Shown here one piece after another: positions 51,628-61,706 of a DNA stretch of 64,000 nucleotides. Source of the stretch: Bradymonadia bacterium. GTDB taxonomy: Bacteria > Myxococcota_A > Bradymonadia > UBA7976 > UBA1532. Each line of letters begins with the position of its first letter. Position 1 is the first letter of the stretch. Both the position numbers and the translations under genes were made by a program. The stretch is from positions 1 to 64,000 of the forward strand of contig JBKAGE010000035.1 of assembly GCA_046290225.1 (NCBI GenBank), written 5' to 3'. Below the pieces are notes generated by a model. That model did no database searches, was not told the DNA's origin, and saw only the letters and a list, made by a program, of their open reading frames with translations.

Positions 51628-52536
51628 TCAGCCCTCTTCAAAATAGTCGAGATCAACACGAACAACGCGAAACACCTCTTGGGCGCTCACCCCCACTTCA
51701 TACTCGATCATCAAATCTGCCAACTGGCTACCATCCACGAGCACGATACTTCCTGGGACTTGCCGTGCGTAACTGTAGGCCCCTTTGCTGAAAGTGCTGG
51801 TCGTGATGAAGACCCCTCGTGTCGCAGTTTGCCCAGCCAGGGCACCAAAGAACTTCTGTATCTCAGGCCGCCCCACGGTACCCTTTGTCCACCGTTTCGC
51901 TTGGATATAGACCTTCTCCAAGCCAAGCCGGTCCAATGTAATGACTCCATCAATCCCCTCATCAGCAGAGGACTGTGTTCTAACCAGATCGTCGCTGGTA
52001 GCTCCGTACCCCATGGCATGGAGCACATCCAATACAAGGGTTTCGAAGAAATCCGGGCTGGTGCTCTTGACCAATTCCAGCAACTCAACACGCAGGCTCT
52101 CTCTCATCTCCTTCATCGCTTCATGAAGGCGCTCAAGAGGACTCTTGGACTCCATCACGGGTGGAATCAGCGCCTCAGCATGCACTGCTGCCTTACTGTC
52201 CTGCTTGTTGATTTTGCAAAGAGACTGAAGCGTGTCAGCATCAAAACCATCAGGGTTATCCGTGAGTGCTTTCACCCCCAATGGAGTAATACGCCAGAAG
52301 CCACGTTTAGCTGACTCGGAGAAACCTGACCTCTTCAATCGATCTTGAGCCCACCCTACTCGGTTCTTGTACACATGCTGTTTCCCACTGGGCAGCATTT
52401 GCCGACGGTCATCATCGGTCAGCTGGAAATGCTCAGCGACAGCAACATATACATCCCTACTTCGAGCGCCATCGGTGGTCGCTGCAAGGATCTGGAGTAG
52501 CGGGTAAATCATCTCATCATAGGTTGGTATAGCCAT
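51628..52536 (-). CDS. mrr: Mrr type IV restriction endonuclease
   Basis: Mrr_N IPTY..PLL..LPSG..NRVGWA..RGFWRIT; catalytic FFETLVLDVL..MGYG, DEGIDG, IQAKRW, GVFITTS. Confidence 0.93.
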   Translation of the reverse strand: MAIPTYDEMIYPLLQILAATTDGARSRDVYVAVAEHFQLTDDDRRQMLPSGKQHVYKNRVGWAQDRLKRSGFSESAKRGFWRITPLGVKALTDNPDGFDADTLQSLCKINKQDSKAAVHAEALIPPVMESKSPLERLHEAMKEMRESLRVELLELVKSTSPDFFETLVLDVLHAMGYGATSDDLVRTQSSADEGIDGVITLDRLGLEKVYIQAKRWTKGTVGRPEIQKFFGALAGQTATRGVFITTSTFSKGAYSYARQVPGSIVLVDGSQLADLMIEYEVGVSAQEVFRVVRVDLDYFEEG

Positions 52537-52672
52537 TCTGTCCCTGCTTCTGTGACTGGCTGCCAACCTACCGAAATCAGCCACCTTCCACACCCACCAT
52601 TGGCCCTCGTGCCTCGAGGTTGCTACCCTCCTGCGTCTTTCAGATCGACCCTTGAATCGCGAGGAGCCCACC

Positions 52673-53401
52673 GTGAGCATCTTCACCGGCACCGCCGCCT
52701 ACTTCGGCGCCCTCGGCCTCATGGCCAAGCATCCCAAGCTCGTCGGCTACGCGTTGATCCCCGCCGCAGTGACCTTCGGTCTATCTCTCGCCGGGGGCTG
52801 GCTCGTGAGCAGCTACATGGACGAGCTCATCGTCTCGTGGCTGGGCAGCGAAGGCGCCTCGGGCTTCTTCGGCACGATCCTCGGGTGGATCGCCGGGGCG
52901 CTCTCGTGGCTCTCCGTGCTCTTCATCACCCCGTGGCTGGTGATGCTCATCGCCTTGCCGCTGTGTGATCCGCTCATCGGCGCCACCGAGGCCGTCATCG
53001 GCGGCAAAGAAGTGGAGGTGGGCATCATCGAGGGCATTGTCAGCGCCCTCAAGAGTACAATCCTGGTGCTACTCGTAGGCCTCGCGGGCTCGATCATCTT
53101 CGGCATGCTGGGGGTGTTGCCAGGCATCGGGCTCATCATCGCCCCCCTGGTCATGTTCGGCTGGACCCCGCTGTTTCTGGCCTTCGATCTCTACGATGGC
53201 TCTCTGAGCCGCAGGAACCTGAGCCCCAAGGGCAAGATCAAGGCGGTCTTCGGCCGCCCCGCCACCGCCTGGGGCCTGGGCATCATCGCCTCGATCCTGG
53301 TGTCGATCCCCATGCTCAACCTCATCGGGCTGCCCCTGAGCGTGGTGGCGGCAGTGCTGGTGGTCTACAAGCTTGAGCAGAAGGGCAAGCTGCCCGCGTG
53401 A
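52673..53401 (+). CDS. EI24/CysZ-like membrane protein
   Basis: Multi-TM; YALIP, ALPLCDPL, LPGIG, IPMLNL; RBS gaggag before GTG. Confidence 0.75.
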   Translation: MSIFTGTAAYFGALGLMAKHPKLVGYALIPAAVTFGLSLAGGWLVSSYMDELIVSWLGSEGASGFFGTILGWIAGALSWLSVLFITPWLVMLIALPLCDPLIGATEAVIGGKEVEVGIIEGIVSALKSTILVLLVGLAGSIIFGMLGVLPGIGLIIAPLVMFGWTPLFLAFDLYDGSLSRRNLSPKGKIKAVFGRPATAWGLGIIASILVSIPMLNLIGLPLSVVAAVLVVYKLEQKGKLPA

Positions 53402-54556
53402 TCACTCACTGGGCTGGAAGATGAAGCGCGCCTCGATCGTGCACTGATGAGAGCCACCATCGAGGGGCTTGGGCACCGGGTCGAACCTCAGCCGCCGCAT
53501 CTTGCTCGCCAAACAGCTGACGATGGACGCCTCACCAAGGCTCTCTTCCGTGACGCGGGCTTCGGAGACCCGCCCGTCGGCGCTGATGATCCACTGCAGC
53601 ACGACATCGCCACGGAGATGAGGGTTACGCCTGAGGCTGCGCTCATAACAATACTGCAGCTGGACAGCTTGCCGCGTCAGCGCCTGCTTCACCGACTCGA
53701 TGTCGCAGGGTCCTTGAAGCACCCGAAAACCTGGGCCGCCCTTCTTCTGAGGTCGCTTCTCTACCTTCTCGAGGCCGGGTCGCCCCCCCTCGGGCCGGGC
53801 CACGGCCACGACAGCGGTGGGCACCTTCGTCCGCGACTTCAGCTGCACCTTGCCCTTTGGCCACTGCGCGAACATCTGTGCTGAAGGCCCACCATCGACC
53901 ATCACCCCGAACTGAGCCCCCAAACCGCCTTCCTTGGCAGACTTCGCCATAAAGCCTGCCAGAGCATTCGACTCCAACGCTGCCCCTCGGGTGCAGAGCA
54001 TGATCACCCGCCCCTGAGCATCGATGGCCAACGCCGCTCGGTGTGCCGACTGCGCTTTCAACTTCAGCGGCTTGCCATCGACGACAGTGCGCGGACCCAC
54101 CTGAATGGCAAATTCGATGTCATCTGATGCCACGAAGTCACGGGTGTGCACCAGGTGCGCCTGGCCCTTCTGTACATAGAACACACCCCAATCCGCCTGC
54201 CGAATCGGGTAGAGCTGCTGGCCGCGATCAATCAACAGCCCCAACGGTGTCGACATCTCATCGAAGAAGTTGCCGTTGACGCCGACGCTCCCCCTCACCC
54301 ATCTCACCATGTCATCCACCGACTCCGCCGAGTGTCCGATCCCCGTCCGGCCCCGCATCCCCGCCGCTGACACGCCTCGAAGCTCAAAGTCAGCCAACTC
54401 AAGCCGCACAGCCTGCACCAAAGTGCCGTCGATGCCTCCAATCCGAAACGTGCGGCTCTCCATCCCCGCAGCCCGCTGACGCCACTCAGAGCCAGCAAAC
54501 GCCAGCCCCGGCAAACACACACACGCCAGCCAAATCACAAAACGCATCAATCGCAC
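53402..54556 (-). CDS. Phosphodiester glycosidase (NAGPA-like) fused to an AgmX/PglI C-terminal domain
   Basis: VNGNFFD..PLGLLI..G, QVGPR, RAAL, VDGGPSAQM; LQYCYERSLRRNPHLRGDV..ISADGRV..CL..LRF. Confidence 0.8.
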   Translation of the reverse strand: MRLMRFVIWLACVCLPGLAFAGSEWRQRAAGMESRTFRIGGIDGTLVQAVRLELADFELRGVSAAGMRGRTGIGHSAESVDDMVRWVRGSVGVNGNFFDEMSTPLGLLIDRGQQLYPIRQADWGVFYVQKGQAHLVHTRDFVASDDIEFAIQVGPRTVVDGKPLKLKAQSAHRAALAIDAQGRVIMLCTRGAALESNALAGFMAKSAKEGGLGAQFGVMVDGGPSAQMFAQWPKGKVQLKSRTKVPTAVVAVARPEGGRPGLEKVEKRPQKKGGPGFRVLQGPCDIESVKQALTRQAVQLQYCYERSLRRNPHLRGDVVLQWIISADGRVSEARVTEESLGEASIVSCLASKMRRLRFDPVPKPLDGGSHQCTIEARFIFQPSE

Positions 54557-54700
54557 CTCTCCAGCAAAGCTCCCAAAGAGACACCCACCCTCAACACAAT
54601 GTTCTCAAGCGAAAAAAGACCACCCCCACCAAGGATCCCCAACGCCCCCCAACACAGCCGCCATTCAAGTCAGAAAAATGTCATGCACGTGCCCCGAGGA

Positions 54701-54868
54701 GGCGCGGAGGTGGCGGCAGTCGTTGTGAGGTCGGTGAGTTTGCGTGCAGGTGGGGTGGCCCAACCGCAGGGGTAGCGAAGGCATTTGCCAGCGCTACCCC
54801 GAGGATTGGAACGCCACACCTGTGCGTGAAATCGCCGGCGTCACGACGGCTGACGCCGCCGCAGCGCC
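54701..54868 (+). repeat. About 170-nt long hairpin element sharing a core with the 159-bp repeats
   Basis: Nested stems 54717-54728/54841-54852, 54730-54737/54832-54839, 54739-54752/54817-54830, ggggtagcg/cgctacccc; core CCGCAGG..CGAGGAT. Confidence 0.65.
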
Positions 54869-54875
54869 GGAGCTC

Positions 54876-56324
54876 CTAGAACAAGCCGCAGGTGGCCTCG
54901 GGGTAGAGGGGGCCGGCGAGGCACATGATGCGCTGGGCCGCAGCGCGGAGCGCCTGCACACCGGCAGCGTTGGGCTCACCACCTGCATCGATGATGCGGT
55001 TCACAGCCTGCAAATCACCCTCGAGCAGGCTGCGGCTGCGGGCGGAGAGGCTCAGGTAGTCGATCAGGCCGTCGTCGGCGAGGGCCGCCTCGAGGAGCAG
55101 CTTCATCGTCGCCGCGTCGCGGGGGTAATCCGTGCCGTTCACCACCGTGGGGTTCGGATCCCGATCCGCGTTGCCCAGGTTGGTGAGCATGCCCACGAGG
55201 TAGTGCGTCTCGAGCACGATCTTGGGGAAGTTGAGCGTGGCCAGCTCATCGGTGGGCTGGTGGTAGTGCTTCGTCTGGCCGTTGGCGATGAACAGCACCG
55301 GAAGGCCCTCGTTGCGGAAGGCGTCGTAGTCACTCCAGGGCTGGTGGCCCAGAGCTGTCTCCTCGATGAGGTGCAGACCACCCGTGTGGATGATCAGGCC
55401 ATCAGGCACCGGGGTCGCGTCCACAGCGTCGGCCACCTGGGGGCTCGTCTCCACCCCGAGGACCACCTGGAAGGGGTAGGAAGGCCACAGATCACCACCG
55501 ACGAGATCGAGGGCGATCATCACGTCGGTCTGCGACAGGGGGTGAATCGGGTGCTCCGCGTAGAAGCGGGAGCCCATCTCCGGCGACAAGAAGGTGGGGG
55601 GCTCCTCTGCATCCCACGAGGCGATGATGATCGACCGCGCCGGGGGGTTCTTCGCCAGCTCGCATGCAGCGGCGACCATGATGGCCACCCCAGCAGCGTT
55701 GTCGTCGGCGCCGTTGCAGATGCCGTTGCAGTCGATGTGATCGTAGTGGGCGCTCACGAGGATGGCGCGATCCGCCTGAGCGGGATCACTGCCTGGGATC
55801 CGACCGATGATGTTCACACCGGGGCTGCCGGTGATCACCTGGTGGTAGGGGTTGTCACCCTGAGGATCGTCACCAAACGGCTCGATGCCGCACTTCTCGT
55901 ACTCTTCGATGATGTAGTTGCGTGCGGCGATGCCACCAGGGCTGCCCTCGTCGCGGCCGGCGCGCTCGTCATCGGCGAGCCACGCGATCATGCGGGTGAG
56001 GTTCTCCTCGTTGATGTGCTCACTGGGCCCAGCACCGCCGGCACCGCCGACCATGCCACCGGCACCCGCCTGGCCACCCGCACCGGCCTCACCGCCAGCG
56101 CCAGCCTGGCCCCCGGCACCGGCCTGACCACCAGCACCGGCTTGACCCCCGGCACCAGCCTGGCCACCGGCGCCAGCCTGGCCACCAGAGCCACCCACGG
56201 CTCCACCAGCGCCAGCTGCGGCGTCGGGGGTGATGTCGGTGGGGGAGGAAGAGTCATCAGAATCACACCCGGCGATCGCCAGAGCGCCGATGAGACCCAG
56301 AGAAGCCAAATGGGTGACGCGCAT
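54876..56324 (-). CDS. M28 family metallopeptidase lipoprotein with (GGQAGA)n linker
   Basis: Lipobox IAGC; SAHYDH, NGADDNAAG, DAEE, WSDY, HYHQPTD. Confidence 0.9.
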   Translation of the reverse strand: MRVTHLASLGLIGALAIAGCDSDDSSSPTDITPDAAAGAGGAVGGSGGQAGAGGQAGAGGQAGAGGQAGAGGQAGAGGEAGAGGQAGAGGMVGGAGGAGPSEHINEENLTRMIAWLADDERAGRDEGSPGGIAARNYIIEEYEKCGIEPFGDDPQGDNPYHQVITGSPGVNIIGRIPGSDPAQADRAILVSAHYDHIDCNGICNGADDNAAGVAIMVAAACELAKNPPARSIIIASWDAEEPPTFLSPEMGSRFYAEHPIHPLSQTDVMIALDLVGGDLWPSYPFQVVLGVETSPQVADAVDATPVPDGLIIHTGGLHLIEETALGHQPWSDYDAFRNEGLPVLFIANGQTKHYHQPTDELATLNFPKIVLETHYLVGMLTNLGNADRDPNPTVVNGTDYPRDAATMKLLLEAALADDGLIDYLSLSARSRSLLEGDLQAVNRIIDAGGEPNAAGVQALRAAAQRIMCLAGPLYPEATCGLF

Positions 56325-56485
56325 GTTTCATCTCCGCTTGAGAAGGCGGGGATGAGAGCAAATCACCGACTGATTTGGAAGAGTGTTACTCCAACAGATA
56401 ATGCAAGCTGGTTGTAATTCAGAAGTATCGTGTTGATGAGACGGGGGTATGTACGCACATCCTCGTGGCAAGCGGAGCTGGGGTG

Positions 56486-57160
56486 TCAGCCGCCCTTCAG
56501 CGCATTCGGGAAGCCATCTGGATAGTTGATCTCGGCATCAGAGCGGCGCACGTATCGTGGCTCCAGGGTGCCCACCGGGGCCGGAGATGAAGCATCGATC
56601 CAGCCATACAGCAAGGCCGCTCGGGGCACGTGCAGCGCCGCCGAAGACGGCACCTTGCAATCAGGGATCAGCTCAGGCCAGCGATCCCGATATTTCACCG
56701 CGCCCGAGCCCAGGAGCACCGGGGGCTCACCTGCAGGGAGGTGTGACGACACCTGCTCTGGCGCGATCACCAGCGGCTCGTCGATGCCTGCCCCTGCAGC
56801 GTAGACCTCGCCACGACCCGCATCCACCAGAGCCAGCACCCGATCGTGGGGCAGCGCCGCCACCAGGGCCTTCCAGGTCTGCACGCCGTAGAGCGGCAAG
56901 TCATGAGCCATCGCCAGGCCCTTCAAGGTGGCCAGGGCGATGCGCAGGCCGGTGAAGCTGCCCGGACCGAGGCCGCAGATCAGGCCGTCGAGATCCGTGA
57001 GCGTCTTGCCCGCCTCGGCGAGCAGGGCGTCGATGGCGCCCAATACCGTGGGGCCATGACCGCGGCGATGGAGCGCCATGCGCTCACCCAGCAACACATC
57101 GTCTTCGAGGAGGGCCACCGACTCGTAGGGTGTGGCCGTCTCAGCGGCGAGATACAGCAT
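56486..57160 (-). CDS. tsaB: tRNA t6A biosynthesis protein TsaB
   Basis: LAAETAT, GLGPGSFTGLRI, DAGRGEVY, LEPRYVR. Confidence 0.95.
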   Translation of the reverse strand: MLYLAAETATPYESVALLEDDVLLGERMALHRRGHGPTVLGAIDALLAEAGKTLTDLDGLICGLGPGSFTGLRIALATLKGLAMAHDLPLYGVQTWKALVAALPHDRVLALVDAGRGEVYAAGAGIDEPLVIAPEQVSSHLPAGEPPVLLGSGAVKYRDRWPELIPDCKVPSSAALHVPRAALLYGWIDASSPAPVGTLEPRYVRRSDAEINYPDGFPNALKGG

Positions 57161-57202
57161 GCAGAAAACTCGGTAGCAGATGCTCGATGATGGGGATTCA
57201 GA

Positions 57203-58915
57203 TCAGCCCGACCAGAGTCTGAACTGTTTGAGAAGATCATTGCCCAGGGCGAAGAAGATCAGCCCGATCAACATCACCCCACCCACGACCTGGATGCCCT
57301 GCTGCACCTTGATGGGCAACGGACGGCGGATGATCATCTCGATCGAGGCCACCAGGATGTGGCCGCCGTCGAGGGCGGGGATGGGCATGAGGTTGATGAG
57401 GGCGAGGCTCAGCGAGACCACCACCATCAAATGCAAGAAGCTCTCGAAGCCTGCCTTGGCGTACTCACCGGCCAGGTAACCGATGGTGATGGGCCCCGAC
57501 AGCTGCTGAGGGCTCACCTGACCCGAGAACATGCCGCCGATGCTGCGCACGGTGTTCGTCACCTGACGCTCCACCATGCGGTTGGCCTCGTACCAGGCGT
57601 AACCGAGGCGATCGACGTTGTCGACGGGGGCACCCTTCACCTGACGGGCTTGATCGGGCAGCCAGCTGAGCCCCATGCGCCACTGCTTGATCTCGCCGGC
57701 GAGGGGATCCTCGAACTTCACCTGCTCGAGGGCCAGGGTGAAGTCGAGCAGCTGGCCATTACGACGCACCGTGAGCTTCTTGGCCTGCTGAGGCTGGTGC
57801 GTCAGGCGGGCGTACATCGAGTACCAGAGGCTCAGAGCCTTGCCGTCGATGGCGGTGATGCAGTCGCCGGGCTTCAGGCCCGGGCCGGCGCTGTGGCCCA
57901 CCGCAGGGGCCTTCGCCGCAGGGCCGCCGGCGTCGACGGTGGTCACACAGGTCTCCACGGCGCCGAGACCCAGAGATTCTGGCGTTCGGGCTGCGGTGGA
58001 CGGCGGCAGCGTGATCTGCACCTTCTTCTTGGCGAAGAGCGACTCGAGTTGCAGGCCCGAGGCCTTCAGCGGCGTGGCCCGCTCCACCTCGAGGACGAGG
58101 GGTGCGTCGGCCGGCGCCTGAATCAGCGCGCTCATCAGCGTCACGTAGTGATCGATCTCTCGATCCCCCACCTTCACGATGCGGTCGAAGGTGGTCAGGC
58201 CTGCCTGGCCCCCGCCCTTTTCCGGATCGACGATGGAGATCGTGGGCGACTTGAAGCGGGCGCTGTACCCGATGCGGTACTGCTTGTGCTCGAAGCCCAT
58301 CACGTCGGTGTAGTTGATCTCTTCCGGGTGGATCTCCAGAGCGATGGGCTCAGCTACGCCAGGGCGCTCCACCTTGAGACGCATGGGGCCCTGATCGGCA
58401 GAGTACTCGTCGACGTGCTTCACCACCTGCCAGAAGGTCGACACGGACTCGCCATCGATCTCGATGATGGCGTCGCCCTCCCGCAGGCCCTCTTGATACG
58501 CAGGTCGCCCAGTGTCGAGGGCCCCCACCACATTGCCCTCGACCTGATCATATTTGCCGCTCAGGCTGAAGAGGGGCACCAGGATGATGAAGGGCAGCAC
58601 GAGGTTCATCACCGGGCCGCCGAGGTAGATCAGGATCCGGATCCAGGGGGGCTTGTCCTGCAGGGTGCGGCCCACCTCTTCAGGCTCGGGGGCTTCACCA
58701 GGCTCGGCGCCGGCGAGGCGCACATAGCCCCCGACGGGCAGCTTGCTGATGCGGTATTCGGTCTCGCCCCGCGTCCAGCTGACGAGGGTGGGCCCCATAC
58801 CGATGGAGAAGACCCTCACCCGCACGTTCGACAGCTTGGCCACGATGTAGTGACCGAACTCGTGGATGGTGATGAGGACCCCAAGGAGAACGACTGTGGC
58901 CAGCAGGGTGATCAT
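57203..58915 (-). CDS. rseP: RIP metalloprotease RseP
   Basis: HEFGH, FSIGMGP, GGYV, PDZ domains, LSGPI, NLMPIPALDGGH. Confidence 0.96.
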   Translation of the reverse strand: MITLLATVVLLGVLITIHEFGHYIVAKLSNVRVRVFSIGMGPTLVSWTRGETEYRISKLPVGGYVRLAGAEPGEAPEPEEVGRTLQDKPPWIRILIYLGGPVMNLVLPFIILVPLFSLSGKYDQVEGNVVGALDTGRPAYQEGLREGDAIIEIDGESVSTFWQVVKHVDEYSADQGPMRLKVERPGVAEPIALEIHPEEINYTDVMGFEHKQYRIGYSARFKSPTISIVDPEKGGGQAGLTTFDRIVKVGDREIDHYVTLMSALIQAPADAPLVLEVERATPLKASGLQLESLFAKKKVQITLPPSTAARTPESLGLGAVETCVTTVDAGGPAAKAPAVGHSAGPGLKPGDCITAIDGKALSLWYSMYARLTHQPQQAKKLTVRRNGQLLDFTLALEQVKFEDPLAGEIKQWRMGLSWLPDQARQVKGAPVDNVDRLGYAWYEANRMVERQVTNTVRSIGGMFSGQVSPQQLSGPITIGYLAGEYAKAGFESFLHLMVVVSLSLALINLMPIPALDGGHILVASIEMIIRRPLPIKVQQGIQVVGGVMLIGLIFFALGNDLLKQFRLWSG

Positions 58916-58919
58916 GGCC

Positions 58920-59738
58920 TCACCTTAGCGCGCCCAGATACACATAGGCGAACGGCAAGATGAAAATGAAGCCGTCCAGCCGGTCGAGGGCGCCCCCGTG
59001 ACCGGGGATCCAGTTGCCGGAGTCTTTGACGTCGTAGGCGCGCTTCATCATCGACTCCACCAAATCACCCACCACACCGAGCAGGGCACCTGCGGTCCCA
59101 AGGATGATGCAGTCCACGATGGTCAGGTAGCTGTGACCCGGGAAGATCTGGCTGCCCACCCAGGCGAGTAGGATGCCCGCGAAGACACCGCCGACCACAC
59201 CCTCGATGGTCTTCTTGGGGCTGATGAGCGGGTAGAGCTTGTGCTTGCCCAGGAACCGGCCCGCGAAGTAGGCCCCAGTGTCGGAGCCGAAGGCGATGGC
59301 CATGACCAGAATCAGCGCCCACTCACCGTGGGGCAGCCGGCGCACCATGTACACATAGGGGAACAGCGTGCCGAGGTAGATCACCCCGAACATGCGCAGG
59401 GCCAGGCGCTGAATGCTGGTCTCGATGGGGGCGGGGTTGCTCAGCCGATGGAACGACATGAGGATCAAACCCAGCGTCATGGCCACCCCATGGCTGTAGC
59501 CACGCCAGAGGTACTCGTAGACCAGGGGCCACATCACCACCAGCAACGTGGCCACGGTGAACATCACCCGGCCCCCAGTGCTCGCCGGCTCGGCCTTGTG
59601 GGTGATGTTGAGGTACTCACCGCAGGCCGCCAGGGTCACCAGGAACAGCGCCACCGCAAGGCCCCAAGGGGGCAGGTAGAGCAGAATCAGAACAATGCTG
59701 GTGGCCATCACCAGCCCGGAGATGATGCGCGCTAACAC
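58920..59738 (-). CDS. cdsA: Phosphatidate cytidylyltransferase
   Basis: DTGAYFAG, ISPKKTIEG, GDLVESMMKR..KDSG..IPGHGGALDRLD. Confidence 0.97.
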   Translation of the reverse strand: MLARIISGLVMATSIVLILLYLPPWGLAVALFLVTLAACGEYLNITHKAEPASTGGRVMFTVATLLVVMWPLVYEYLWRGYSHGVAMTLGLILMSFHRLSNPAPIETSIQRLALRMFGVIYLGTLFPYVYMVRRLPHGEWALILVMAIAFGSDTGAYFAGRFLGKHKLYPLISPKKTIEGVVGGVFAGILLAWVGSQIFPGHSYLTIVDCIILGTAGALLGVVGDLVESMMKRAYDVKDSGNWIPGHGGALDRLDGFIFILPFAYVYLGALR

Positions 59739-60481
59739 TTCGCCGTCCTCTTCACCTGCACCTGCTCACCTGTGAGCCCGAACCGTCGCTGCCGCCCGTT
59801 GAACACCTCGAGGGCCTCTTGAAGGTGGGCGCGATCGAACTCCGGCCAGGGCACCGGGCTGAAGTACAGCTCGGCGTAGGCGGCCTGCCACAGCAGGAAG
59901 TTGCTCAGGCGCTCTTCACCGCTGGTGCGGATGATCAGGTCTGGATCGGGCGTATCAGCGGTGTAGAGCTGTCGAGCCAGGGTGCCCTCGTCGATCTCGT
60001 CGGCCTTGAGCGTGCCCGCAGCCACCTGCTGGGCCACGGCCCGAGCAGCCCGGGCGATCTCTTCGCGACCGCCGTAGCTCAGCGCGAGGGTGAGCACCAT
60101 GCCGGTGTTCTTGCTGCTCGCCCGCATCAGCTCGTAAAGCGGCAGCCGCACAAAGGCCGGCAGCCGCTTCGTCTCGCCGATGGTGGTGAGCCTGATGTTG
60201 TTGTCCAGGATCTCGCGCCGTTGCCCTCGCACATAGTCGAGCAGCAGGCCCATCAGACCGTTCACCTCAGAGGTGGGTCGTTGCCAGTTCTGCTCGCTGA
60301 AGGCGTAAAGGGTCAGGTAGCCGATGCCGATCTCACGACACATGCGCACGATACGATTCACCGCCTCTGCCCCTGCCCGGTGGCCTTCGATGCGGGGCAT
60401 GCCCTGTTGACGGGCCCAGCGACCGTTGCCGTCCATGATGATGGCGATGTGTGCAGGTGAGGGTGGAGTCGGGTGATTCAT
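59732..60481 (-). CDS. uppS: Undecaprenyl diphosphate synthase
   Basis: HIAIIMDGNGRWA, YAFSEQNW, YGGR, DPDLIIRTSGEERLSNFLLWQ. Confidence 0.97.
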   Translation of the reverse strand: MNHPTPPSPAHIAIIMDGNGRWARQQGMPRIEGHRAGAEAVNRIVRMCREIGIGYLTLYAFSEQNWQRPTSEVNGLMGLLLDYVRGQRREILDNNIRLTTIGETKRLPAFVRLPLYELMRASSKNTGMVLTLALSYGGREEIARAARAVAQQVAAGTLKADEIDEGTLARQLYTADTPDPDLIIRTSGEERLSNFLLWQAAYAELYFSPVPWPEFDRAHLQEALEVFNGRQRRFGLTGEQVQVKRTAKC

Positions 60482-60656
60482 AATACGGTGTGTCAATGAT
60501 TGCGATCAGCAAACCTATCGGCGCGAGAACGCGGCATCCTAAACGCCTTCGGGTCAGTTCGGTAGGCGTATTTTTCGTGACGGTGCGCCGCATTGAGCCA
60601 CCCATGTGAGTGAGAGAGGGTCGACGACGAGTATGCGGTGTGGTTATGTGCGAGCT

Positions 60657-61679
60657 ATGAGTGTGGCCCCCGAAGAACTCCTGACAGCCTATCCCATCGG
60701 GACCATTCGTCAGGTGATCCCCATCAGCAAAGGGCTGATGCACACCACCCTCGATGTGAACGCCGAGGCCGGCCGTTTCATCTTCCAGCGGCTGCACCAC
60801 AAGCTCAGCACCCCAGAGATCGTCAACGATTACGCTGCTGTGACGGCCCACCTCGCCGCCAGAGGTGCCGTGAGCCCTCGTCTGGTGACCGCCACGGACG
60901 GGCGGCTGGTCGTCGAAGACGACCAGGGTCGCTGGTGGCGACTGTCCACCTTCATCGAAGGCGACACCCCCACCCGAGTAGATCGACCGGAGCAGGCCCT
61001 CGAGGGGGCCCGTGCCCTTGGGCGGTTCCACACCGTCATGGCCGACATTCCCCACACGTTTGGCTCTCAGCACCCCCTGCACGACATGGAAGGTCACCTG
61101 CGGCGCCTCGAGCAAGCTGCCGCCCGCCCCGAATACCGAGAGGCCCTCGTCGACATCCGCGACGAGGTCGAAGAGGTCGCGGGCAAGCTCTCTGAGGTGC
61201 TGCTCCCCAAGGGGCTGCCTCAGCGGGTGGTCCACGGTGATCCCAAGATCAGCAACATCATGTTCAAGGGTGATCGAGCTGTGGCCATGATCGATCTCGA
61301 CACGTGCATGCGCCACAGCGTGCTCGTCGACCTCGGTGATGCGGTGCGGTCGTGGTGCAAGGGGGGCACCGAAGATGTGAAGCAGGCGTTTCAGCTCGAT
61401 CGGTTCGAGGCCCTCGTGGAAGGTTACGCCGAGACCGGGCCACCCCTCACCGAGGCAGAGCTCGATTTGCTGCCCGAGGCGGGTCGCATGATCACCTTGG
61501 AACTGGCCTCACGGTTTTTGCGGGATGTGCTTGAGGACGAGTACTTCGCCTGGGACGCCGACGCCTATCCGGATCGACGCAGCCACAACCGGGCCCGGGG
61601 TCGGGCCATGCTGCACCTCGCCAACGACATGCAGGCGAAACGCGTTCAGATCGACGCAGTGGTTCAGCGGCTCCGCTGA
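60657..61679 (+). CDS. APH/choline-kinase-like phosphotransferase
   Basis: GLMHTT, FIFQRL, HGDPKISN, IDLDT, DLGD; start at ATG 60657. Confidence 0.85.
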   Translation: MSVAPEELLTAYPIGTIRQVIPISKGLMHTTLDVNAEAGRFIFQRLHHKLSTPEIVNDYAAVTAHLAARGAVSPRLVTATDGRLVVEDDQGRWWRLSTFIEGDTPTRVDRPEQALEGARALGRFHTVMADIPHTFGSQHPLHDMEGHLRRLEQAAARPEYREALVDIRDEVEEVAGKLSEVLLPKGLPQRVVHGDPKISNIMFKGDRAVAMIDLDTCMRHSVLVDLGDAVRSWCKGGTEDVKQAFQLDRFEALVEGYAETGPPLTEAELDLLPEAGRMITLELASRFLRDVLEDEYFAWDADAYPDRRSHNRARGRAMLHLANDMQAKRVQIDAVVQRLR

Positions 61680-61706
61680 CCTGCGCCCACCTCTCAGAGA
61701 AATCTC

